Source: Limnochordia bacterium (lineage in GTDB: Bacteria > Bacillota > Limnochordia > DTU080). Taken from it: a stretch of DNA of 64,000 nt. The notes under the pieces were generated by a model. That model made no database searches and was not told the origin of the DNA. It saw only the letters and a list, made by a program, of their open reading frames with translations. The stretch is from positions 576,001-640,000 of the forward strand of contig JBMNJG010000007.1 of assembly GCA_050951545.1 (NCBI GenBank), written 5' to 3'. The position numbers were made by a program, and so were the translations under genes. Positions within the stretch are counted from its first letter, which is position 1, and every line of letters starts with the position of its first letter. Positions 33,338-41,482 of this stretch are shown here, piece after piece.

Positions 33338-36300
33338 CTAATCCACCGGGAGGCCCACGAACAGGCGGCTGTCGATATCCGCAAGAGGGTCAGTCTCGCC
33401 GGCAGCGGCAGCTCTTGCGAAGACGATACCGGGTCGCTCGGCTCGCATGGCCCGGAGCAAGACGGTATAACCTTCGCGCTCGTGGCGAGCGGCCATGGTC
33501 CGTGACCACTGTTCCCACTCTGAGTGGAGCTTGCCAAACCTGCGCCAGGTGTTGGCAGCCACAGCCCGCAGTTCAGTACAGGTGAGGCCAGCGCTGTAAC
33601 CGTGCCTGATGGTGAGGGATTCCCTGCTGGCATCGGTTACTTCCCGACCACCGGTGATGAGCATGGCCAGTTGGGCGAAGCTTCCTCGAGCCATGCTCTT
33701 TACTGCTAGAATCTGGGGCGCCAGTGGATCAGCTGGTGTGCAGGGCGTGGAGGCCAGATACTCTGCCACTGCTTCGGAATCCAAAGCACTGTCGCCCAGG
33801 TGACCTGCGACGGATGCCCACGACACGAACGGGGCCAGGGACGCTCCCGTGGTTTTGGCTACGGCCAACCCTCTGTGTAGCAGGCTCGTGAGCACTGCGA
33901 TGAGCTCTTGTGTTCCTTTCTCAGCATGAAGCTGCTGGCAGGCTTGGATGAGGGTGGCGCGAGTGACATAGCCCGATGGCGCGGCCACAGTTAGGCCTAC
34001 CAGGGCATCAATCTCTTCTTTCCCGGCGGGGGTCAGGCTGTGCCAGGCCAGCCCCCACATGGCCTCATTGCGTGGTATGAGCTCGGCAAGCAAACTGGGG
34101 TCTCTCTGTAGATGTCCTTCCACCGAAAGATGGACTTCAGCATCCTTCAGTCCGGCAGCCGTGAGGGGTAGGAAGACGGCCACCTGGTCACCATCGAAGT
34201 CCGCCTGTAACCATTGGCACACCAGAGGATGAAGCTGCATAGCGTTTCCCGGCACGCGGACAGGGCGCAGCGCCACCAAGGCCGTAGGGGTAAGCGAAGG
34301 AGCCCGATTGACCAGTACCATGTGCTCTGCCATTACTGCATCGAGCAGCGTGTCATGGTCCAAGTCTTGGGACTTGGGGACGCGGCTGAGATAGCGTCGG
34401 ACGAGGGGTGCGAACATGGTCTTGGCCATAGGCTCAGGAAGGCCGACCTGGCGCATGTCGAGGTCCGCTCCCGGGGTGATGACTGTTCTGGCACTGAACA
34501 TCAGGCGGGAGCGTAGCCGCAGATGGGCTGGCGTAACCAAGGCATCGCATACCTCACTTACGCAGCGGGCCAGGGCTGTAGTGGCTGCCTGCACGAGGGC
34601 GGCGGGGGCTCCGCTCTTCTGCATGCGGGTGAGATGTGCATTGGCTTTCTCGAGATCCTGATAGGCCACGTCAGGCACCACGCCAATCTCCACAAGCTCT
34701 TTCTCTGGGATCCAGGGATGGGCGACAGGTGCAGCGAGTCCTATGACGGTTGTGCAACCTGTGTCGCTGGGGGCGCCAAAGGTGAAGGTGAGCTGCCCAT
34801 CGTGCAGGACGCTCCGTATTCCGGCAGCGGCCAATCGCTGTTGGAGCTCTAAGAAGACCGACGTCGCTTCAGCTGCCTGTACTACTTCGCCCCAGCTTAG
34901 TCGCTCAGCCAATACTGGTGCATCGCGGTGGGCGCTGGAGGCGATGTCTAGCTGCTCGGCAATCAGATCATAGGCCCCGACCGCGCGCAGTGCTGCGAAT
35001 TCCGACGCCCCTAGGATCTGCCCTTCAGGCTCAGCAGCACATACGTGCAACTTGTGACGAGCAAGGTGATTGGTACAGCCCCAGTACACCCAACCAGCAG
35101 TGACCGGCTGCTCAAGACGAGTCTCGGCCTTGGCCATATGCAGGATCTCCTGGCCATCGGTGGGCAGATTCAACCGGCGCAGACGTTCCTGGACGTAGCT
35201 TTCGTCAGGGGCAGAGAAGGGGCGCGCCACAAAGGCTTGGCCTGCTGCCCGGGCGATGCGGCCAGCGATGGCCTCGCGCAACTGGCCGAAGTTCAGGCGG
35301 GTATGCAGGCCGATGAAACTAAAGATCAGATCCACTGGGGTGCCATCGCTGAGCTGTGGCATGTCGCTGTCGGGCAGCACCGTGCTTACTACGCCTTTGC
35401 TGCCGTGTCTATTGGAGAGCTTGTCGCCCGGTTCAAGCGGCTCGCCGTGGCCTAGCCTGTGGGCCGCTGATGCGCTGATGACGATGCCGTCGTCAACCGT
35501 GTCCCCTCCCCACGATGTAAAGGCTGTAAGCAGGTTGCATCCGTGCCAGAAGCTCTTGTCATCAGGTTCGATACCGGACTGCACGAGAGCAGCCTCGGGT
35601 TCATTCGGCATAAGCCACTGACGCATCATATTGGCCCCCATCAGTGTGCGTGCGGGGTCGCTGTGTTCTAAGAAGGGAATCATCGCGGCAGATGGTCCCA
35701 AAGCCAAGACGTCACTGTCACTGTCGCTGGCGGAAAGAAGCTGGCCGTTTTCTATCGTGGCGCCCAGAGCGATGGTCAGTACTCGACCACAGTTGGGGCC
35801 TTCCGGCGTTTCGATGGGGCACACACGTCCGGCGTGGGCGGGAAAAGACGTGGGTGGACCCTCGTTGAGGAGTAGGCGCCGCAGATGGATGCGTCGGGAC
35901 AACCAGTTGGTGGTGTCCAACCGCTGCGCACGCTCTTGCAGAAACGACTCTGTCCACAACTCTAGAGGTAGAAAGGCCTGCAAGAGCGACTCATTCCATG
36001 GAAGCTGGGAGGCAGCTTCTCCAAGGCGAGTGGAGACATACTCAAGCAGTTGCTCACCCACGCACAGGACGCGCGCTCGATCTAACTCGGGCTGATCGGC
36101 GATCGGTACCACCACCCACGCCTCCCCTAGATAGTGAAAGAGGCCCGACAGATCAGGGGTCGGAACGGTGTAGGCGGTCTGCACATCGGCGACCGTGATG
36201 TGCACCGTCACAGTGTCGTCACTGTTCCATAGCGTGTGATACCCTGCCAGAGGCAGTCGCTCATCAAGCAGTCGGGGCAACGTTTCATCTATGCACCGCA

Positions 36301-36355
36301 CAAATGACGCTCGGTGCCAGGGGGTGGCGAAGTCTACACGGCGATGTCTAGACAT
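33338..36355 (-). CDS. Miniature single-chain RNA polymerase (fused RpoB-RpoC catalytic cores), 1005 aa
   Basis: Beta motifs in order: GRVCPIETPEGPN, IPFLEHSDPARTLMGANMMRQ, GDKLSNRHGSKGVV, DMPQLSDGTPVD, RLNFGQLRE, HLARHKLH. Then beta-prime motifs: SARTVITPG, NRAPSL, LHPLVC, QADFDGDQ, ARGS. AAGGAG RBS. Confidence 0.93.
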   Translation of the reverse strand: MSRHRRVDFATPWHRASFVRCIDETLPRLLDERLPLAGYHTLWNSDDTVTVHITVADVQTAYTVPTPDLSGLFHYLGEAWVVVPIADQPELDRARVLCVGEQLLEYVSTRLGEAASQLPWNESLLQAFLPLELWTESFLQERAQRLDTTNWLSRRIHLRRLLLNEGPPTSFPAHAGRVCPIETPEGPNCGRVLTIALGATIENGQLLSASDSDSDVLALGPSAAMIPFLEHSDPARTLMGANMMRQWLMPNEPEAALVQSGIEPDDKSFWHGCNLLTAFTSWGGDTVDDGIVISASAAHRLGHGEPLEPGDKLSNRHGSKGVVSTVLPDSDMPQLSDGTPVDLIFSFIGLHTRLNFGQLREAIAGRIARAAGQAFVARPFSAPDESYVQERLRRLNLPTDGQEILHMAKAETRLEQPVTAGWVYWGCTNHLARHKLHVCAAEPEGQILGASEFAALRAVGAYDLIAEQLDIASSAHRDAPVLAERLSWGEVVQAAEATSVFLELQQRLAAAGIRSVLHDGQLTFTFGAPSDTGCTTVIGLAAPVAHPWIPEKELVEIGVVPDVAYQDLEKANAHLTRMQKSGAPAALVQAATTALARCVSEVCDALVTPAHLRLRSRLMFSARTVITPGADLDMRQVGLPEPMAKTMFAPLVRRYLSRVPKSQDLDHDTLLDAVMAEHMVLVNRAPSLTPTALVALRPVRVPGNAMQLHPLVCQWLQADFDGDQVAVFLPLTAAGLKDAEVHLSVEGHLQRDPSLLAELIPRNEAMWGLAWHSLTPAGKEEIDALVGLTVAAPSGYVTRATLIQACQQLHAEKGTQELIAVLTSLLHRGLAVAKTTGASLAPFVSWASVAGHLGDSALDSEAVAEYLASTPCTPADPLAPQILAVKSMARGSFAQLAMLITGGREVTDASRESLTIRHGYSAGLTCTELRAVAANTWRRFGKLHSEWEQWSRTMAARHEREGYTVLLRAMRAERPGIVFARAAAAGETDPLADIDSRLFVGLPVD

Positions 36356-36373
36356 TGGGCATCTCCTTGCCTG

Positions 36374-36988
36374 TCAATCTGTATCGGGGGTGTGCGCTTC
36401 CCACAGTTGGGCCAGAGACTTGCGGGCGTGATGCAGTCGAGAGCGTACTGTTCCCTCTGGGATGGCCAAGAGGCGAGCTACCTCACGGGAGTCGAGTTCC
36501 TCTTCGTGGATCAGACGGACAACGTCACGCTTTCCTTTTGGCAGGCTGTTGACGAGCTCGTCAAGCAGACGACGCTGCTCAGCTCGCTCCAGGGCAGTCT
36601 GTGGGTTACACGTTACAGTGTCAACCAACCAGCCGGGCACAGGGAGCTCTTCATCGTCTTCAGTAGTTGCTGTCTGCATGACCAGTGGTTGCTCGCGGCG
36701 ACGGTTGAGGGTGCGTAGTTGGTTCAACGCGAGATTGGTGGCGATGCGATAGAGCCAAGCTCGACATGATCCCTGCTCATGCCACGATTCGGCTCTAGTC
36801 CAGACTCTGAGGAAAACCTCTTGCACGATATCATGGGCACTTTCCCCATCCCGTAGGGTGCTGATCACGTGCCGATGCAAAGGTGATTGGTAGCGCTTGA
36901 GGAGAACTTCAAAGGCTACGCTATCTCGCTGCTGCACTTGCCTAAGCAGCTCCTCGTCAGTCTGATGACCTTCGGCCAAGCGCTTCAC
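36374..36988 (-). CDS. ECF RNA polymerase sigma factor, operonic with the mini-RNAP
   Basis: DIVQEVFLRVW, AWLYRIATNLALN and EVARLLAIPEGTVRSRLHHARK motifs; 204 aa. Confidence 0.93.
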   Translation of the reverse strand: MKRLAEGHQTDEELLRQVQQRDSVAFEVLLKRYQSPLHRHVISTLRDGESAHDIVQEVFLRVWTRAESWHEQGSCRAWLYRIATNLALNQLRTLNRRREQPLVMQTATTEDDEELPVPGWLVDTVTCNPQTALERAEQRRLLDELVNSLPKGKRDVVRLIHEEELDSREVARLLAIPEGTVRSRLHHARKSLAQLWEAHTPDTD

Positions 36989-37004
36989 ACCCCTTCACCC
37001 TTAG

Positions 37005-37032
37005 AGACACCGCGCCATCGCCTGGCGTTCAC
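37005..37032 (-). promoter_or_regulatory. Putative ECF-type (autoregulatory) promoter
   Basis: GTGAAC-N18-GTCT on the minus strand, ending 16 nt before the sigma GTG. Confidence 0.55.
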
Positions 37033-37081
37033 TTTTGGTGAGGGGATATCCTGGTTCGCATCACGTGAAGGCGAGCTGGGC

Positions 37082-37110
37082 TTGATTCCTCACCCGATGG
37101 GGGCTATAAT
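37082..37110 (+). promoter_or_regulatory. Sigma70/SigA-type promoter
   Basis: TTGATT-N17-TATAAT. Confidence 0.75.
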
Positions 37111-37175
37111 GCAGGCACTTCATCAGGGGTAGAAGAAGTATGTGCGGAAAAACGTTTTCGAGGAGGTCGCTTAGC

Positions 37176-37376
37176 ATGTTGGCAGTCGTGTACACTGCAC
37201 CCAATCGCCCCGTGGCAGACATGCTGCTCGATATGCTGAAAAACGAAGGGATCATAGGCACGCTACGACCCATCGGTCTGCCGCATCTGGGTGCATCCGC
37301 CAGCGTTGAAATGCTTGTGCCGGAATCACAGGCAGAAGAGGCGACGGAGATCATAAACGCATTTTTCGCGTCCTAG
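37176..37376 (+). CDS. Small DUF2007-like protein
   Basis: VVYTAPN..ADMLLDMLKNEGI..VEMLVPESQAEEATEII pattern; AGGAGG RBS. Confidence 0.75.
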   Translation: MLAVVYTAPNRPVADMLLDMLKNEGIIGTLRPIGLPHLGASASVEMLVPESQAEEATEIINAFFAS

Positions 37377-37495
37377 GCTTAACTTGGGGTGACAACCGTC
37401 GGTGAACGGAGTCTTTGAGTGGGAGAACCCCATTGCCGAGAAGCGAGAACCAGATGCACGATTTAGGGCTTAGATCGCCAGCCTATGTATGCAAG

Positions 37496-37523
37496 AAAAA
37501 GGCACCCCTTGGGGTGCCTTTTC
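37496..37523. terminator. Bidirectional intrinsic terminator
   Basis: AAAAA-GGCACCCC-TT-GGGGTGCC-TTTT between convergent genes. Confidence 0.85.
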
Positions 37524-37625
37524 TCCGGTGCGAATGTCTGTGCGAACTAGGCTGCGGGTGTCCCAAAATCGAACCTGTGACCTCGCCAGGTCAGTCCCTT
37601 TGCGCGATCATGCGTGAGCGTGGTA

Positions 37626-38900
37626 TCATCTGACGAGCGTACGCCGCCATTCCTGCAATCGCGTATTGGCCACGCGGACTGCTTCGTCCAGAGCGGCCTT
37701 TACATTGCCATTCTGGGCGAACTGTGTCTTATAGAACTTCGTGATCTCCGGAGCCACGGACTCCTGCCAGAACGGCACCTTGGGCCGGGCATAGGCGACA
37801 TCCATTTGCTCGTAAGTCACGCGATAGCGCGGTTCATCAGCGAATCGAGTTCGCATGATGGGTGACGTGAAGGTAGAGCGCCGAGCTCCCATGTACCCGG
37901 AAGCCGCGGAGAACCGCGCGTGCTGATCCGTCGAGGTGATGGACTTCAGGAACGTCCAAGCGGCCTCTTTTTGCGCGCTCGTACCAGTATTCATCAGGAA
38001 GAAGTTGCCACCGCCGATGGGGGCGTAATGTTCCTTATTACCTGCCAGTGGGGCTACGCCCATGTCAAAGGTCGCTTTCAGTATGTTGTTGCCCAGCGAT
38101 GCGGTTGATCGCTCTGTCATGCCCAGCTGGTTGTTCCAGAAGAGGTTGTAGCCGCTGCTACCCGCATAGTAGGCTACGCCGTGTTCGTGCACCATGTTCT
38201 GCACAAACTGCATGGCCTCCACTGCGGCGGGGGAGTTGAAGGTAAACTCAGTCAGATCGTCGTTGAGGATGCGTGCCCCATTCTGACCTATCCAGGCTTC
38301 GAAGAGCCAACCCCAGGAGTAGAAGTCAAAACCATACACATCGTTCTTGCCATCGCCGTCTGTGTCACGGGCGATTTTCTTGGAGAAGGCAAGGATCTCG
38401 TCCCAGGTCTTGGGAGCCTGTGGTTGCAGACCCGACCGCAAGAAGAGGTCCCTATTGTAGTAGATCAGGGGGGTGCTGTTGTTGTAGGGCAGACCACAGA
38501 TGTTGCCGTCGTAGGTGACGGCACCCAACATGCTCTGCGAGAAATCTTTCAGATCGATGCCGTTGGGTCCCTTAATGTAGGGCCCGATATCCAAGAGGGC
38601 GCCGGAGTAGTAGAAGGCTGCGCTGCGGGTCTGCTCAAACATGGCCACATTGGGAGCCGCTCCACCAGCCCAGGCGACCAACGCCTTTTCCATTCCTTGC
38701 ACGTATCCCCCGATATAGACGATCTCAGCCTCTATCTCCGGATGGGCCTTGCTGAAATCTTCGCAGATGGCGTCAAAGGACTTTGATGCCTCGCCAGTAT
38801 CCAGCGAGTGCCAGACAGTGATACTCTCTTTCGCGAACGTACTAGGAACCATCAGCAGAGCGACTAGGACCACGGTCGACACAACGAGTCGGCATCTCAT
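37626..38900 (-). CDS. ABC solute-binding protein (UgpB-like)
   Basis: GLPYNNSTPLIYYNRDLF, PKTWDE, PIGGGN and AAWTFLK motifs. Confidence 0.9.
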   Translation of the reverse strand: MRCRLVVSTVVLVALLMVPSTFAKESITVWHSLDTGEASKSFDAICEDFSKAHPEIEAEIVYIGGYVQGMEKALVAWAGGAAPNVAMFEQTRSAAFYYSGALLDIGPYIKGPNGIDLKDFSQSMLGAVTYDGNICGLPYNNSTPLIYYNRDLFLRSGLQPQAPKTWDEILAFSKKIARDTDGDGKNDVYGFDFYSWGWLFEAWIGQNGARILNDDLTEFTFNSPAAVEAMQFVQNMVHEHGVAYYAGSSGYNLFWNNQLGMTERSTASLGNNILKATFDMGVAPLAGNKEHYAPIGGGNFFLMNTGTSAQKEAAWTFLKSITSTDQHARFSAASGYMGARRSTFTSPIMRTRFADEPRYRVTYEQMDVAYARPKVPFWQESVAPEITKFYKTQFAQNGNVKAALDEAVRVANTRLQEWRRTLVR

Positions 38901-39204
38901 TTCGTGAACCCCCCATCAAGTCACTTGCCCCTGTCAGAGTGAGAAGTTACCAGATAGCAGTAGTTAATTCTCTCTGGGGGTTAGCCACTCCTGCTGCTGG
39001 TTCTACAGATGTTAGCTGGTGCGGATTACGCTCTACGTGAGTGTGTGGATCCCAGAGTGGATGCCGAAGCGCGTTCCTTGCGAGGCGATGCGATCAATCG
39101 TCGGCGAAGTGTTTCTATGATACCCATCGCAGGCAATCGTTCGGGAGAGGAAGTGTCTTGGTGTTGCAGAAATGACTCACCATGATACAAGGGGGGCATC
39201 AGGC

Positions 39205-40065
39205 GTGCATATACACATCCTGGGGTCGGCTGCTGGCAAGCCAGTGCCACGCCCCTTTTGCGCTTGTCGGGTGTGTGAGCACGCCCGACACGTCGGAGGA
39301 AAAGACCTCCGCACACGTACTACGGTGTGTTTGTACCCGGGCGACACGTGGAGTATGCAAGGTCCGATCAAGAAGCCGCGCTACCAGGTTGACCTGTCTC
39401 CCGATCTGACATACCAGCTAGATCGTCAGCGTGTTGATCTGAGCGATCTCGAGCATTTACTTTTCACTCATGCACATGCCGACCATTGCTGTGGGCAGTA
39501 TCTGGCTTTTCGTCGCACTGTGCGCGGCCCGGTCTCGGCACTGCCTCTGCTGCATGTCTACGGGGACTCCGGGGTGCAACAGCGCTTGCTCGCTGACATC
39601 CAGGACCTCGAGGCGAATCGTTGCGAATTCCACCTAGTTGATGGTGGCGACACACTTGACGTAGGGGAACTCCGTGTCACAGCCTTTGCGTCCACACATG
39701 GTGGAGCTCTGGGTTGCCTGCATTTCGGCATTGATGATGGCCAGCATAAGGTGCTTATGGCGTGGGATGGCTGGTGGGAGGAGCAGGTATGGGATCGTCT
39801 GCGCGACTGGAGCTTTGATGCACTGATTATGGAGTGTACCTATCTCGGGCCGCATGAGACGAAGATGGCTAGCCATCTCAGAGCCGCGGATTTTCTGGAG
39901 ATCAGGCGGCGGTTGATTGCTCAGGGTACTTTGGATTCCGATGCACTGACTGTGGCGTTGCACATCGGTGACAATGGCGGCTTGACCCATGAAGAGGCCC
40001 AGGATCTGTTGAGTGAGCACGATATCATCGTGGGCTACGACGGTCTAGTGGTAGAGGTGTGGTGA
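39205..40065 (+). CDS. MBL-fold metallohydrolase (PhnP-like)
   Basis: LGSAA..PFCACRVC, THAHADH, MECT and SHL motifs. Confidence 0.85.
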   Translation: MHIHILGSAAGKPVPRPFCACRVCEHARHVGGKDLRTRTTVCLYPGDTWSMQGPIKKPRYQVDLSPDLTYQLDRQRVDLSDLEHLLFTHAHADHCCGQYLAFRRTVRGPVSALPLLHVYGDSGVQQRLLADIQDLEANRCEFHLVDGGDTLDVGELRVTAFASTHGGALGCLHFGIDDGQHKVLMAWDGWWEEQVWDRLRDWSFDALIMECTYLGPHETKMASHLRAADFLEIRRRLIAQGTLDSDALTVALHIGDNGGLTHEEAQDLLSEHDIIVGYDGLVVEVW

Positions 40066-40176
40066 GGCTGGAGATGCCTGTGTGATCCGCATGTCTACGG
40101 AGCGCTGACTGGCAAGTAGGCACTGTGAGGGGTGGGGCTGTACACCCCACCCTAGAACCTTTCCGCAGCGCTCCCA

Positions 40177-40539
40177 TCACCACCCCAGCTCTGGTCTGAG
40201 CTGGTGGATCATGATGTTGTTTCCTTCACTATCCTTGATCCATGCGGCGCGGCAGTAGGCATCGGGCTCTTGCTCAACGGATGGCCTAATGTCCGCCACT
40301 ACCTCCACACCGAGGTTCCTCAGACGGGTAATCTCTAAAGCGATATCATCCGTCTCCAGCGCTATGTACGGATGTTTTGCATGTTCCAGCGCAATGGCAC
40401 AACCGCACCCAGTCGTGACCTCTACCCAGGCGTCCTCATTCCAGTCACCAGCCCTTAGCCCCAACACTTCCCGATAGAAGGCCCCTGCGCGCTTGGGGTC
40501 TGTGGCTGGCAGGGCTACGAAAGCCAATCCTTTGATCAT
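40177..40539 (-). CDS. VOC/glyoxalase family protein
   Basis: AFYREVLGL and KDSEGNNIMIHQ motifs. Confidence 0.85.
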   Translation of the reverse strand: MIKGLAFVALPATDPKRAGAFYREVLGLRAGDWNEDAWVEVTTGCGCAIALEHAKHPYIALETDDIALEITRLRNLGVEVVADIRPSVEQEPDAYCRAAWIKDSEGNNIMIHQLRPELGW

Positions 40540-40649
40540 GTCGTCGACTCCTTTCTGCTCAGTTAGCTCCCGGATCTACTCACCTCACATGAGTTCGTTC
40601 ATCGATGGCCAAGACCTGCACCAGACCCATCAACTGGCGACCACCTGCT

Positions 40650-41040
40650 CGCTGAGTGGCGACGCAAGGGATTGAATGCACCAGTGCTTATGCTTACGGC
40701 GCTAGATGCGGTGGCCGACCGAGTCACTGGTCTTCGCGGCGGCGCCGACGACTACCTGGTGAAGCCGTTTGCCTTCGAGGAGTTGCTGGCCCGCTTAGAG
40801 GCGCTGGTCCGACGCGGTCAGAAGTCCTGGGGTACGGAACTGCGTGTGGGTGATCTGTTCCTGGACACAGAGACGGGCTGCCTTTTCGCTGGTGGCAAGC
40901 GGGTCAAACTCACTGCCCAAGAGTTCCATCTTATGGAGCTTTTCATGCGGCACCCGGGTCAGATCCTCTCACGGCAAACCATCACAGACGCTTGCTGGAC
41001 CGAGCCCGAAGAGATCTCGGACAACGTCATCGAGGCGCCA
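40650..41040 (+). pseudogene. OmpR-family response regulator fragment
   Basis: PVLMLTA..GADDYLVKPFAFEELLARL..LTAQEF; both ends missing. Confidence 0.8.
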
Positions 41041-41072
41041 CATAAAGAGGGCCCAGAGGTGATGCCCCGGAA

Positions 41073-41417
41073 GTGGTAGGGGCAGGTGGGCAGGCTGATG
41101 CGGCGATAGGACTTCCACTGGCTGGGATGCCGCGAGTAGAGCGGAGGTCACCCCCGTCAGGCCTGCAACGCCCAGGATGGCAGCCGCCGGAGGGCGTGCA
41201 ACCCTCCGAGCAAATGCGGCGACCTGAAAGGATGCAGCTACCTGAGGCGATGCAACCACCTGAGGGCCCTAGAGGAGATGGACCTGGGCGAGCTTCGCCA
41301 ACCGTTCGGACGCTAGGCCTGCCGACCGAGCATCTAGAACCGCTTGCTGTGTTAGCGGGTCTCCTCTTGGTAGCCACAGGTTTCATATGGCGTCGCCGAC
41401 CGCACACTGTGGTGTGA
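41073..41417 (+). pseudogene. C-terminal fragment of a membrane-anchored protein with Pro/Gln-rich 6-aa repeats
   Basis: WQPPEG-VQPSEQ-MRRPER-MQLPEA-MQPPEG repeats, then a hydrophobic helix and RRR. Confidence 0.5.
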
Positions 41418-41482
41418 GGATGGGGTGAGACTGAGTGGGGCAGCACGCGGATGTGGCCGCAACTGCACAGCAGTCATGTGCG

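Noticed and set aside
33338-36355. The ORF as the housekeeping rpoB/rpoC or a simple decayed pseudogene
   Set aside because: It is far too short and diverged and is not in the ribosomal-protein context. The deletions remove whole modules while keeping the frame and catalytic residues, unlike random decay.
41170-41270. 18-nt degenerate repeats as a CRISPR-like array
   Set aside because: They are coding 6-aa repeats with no spacers and no cas genes.
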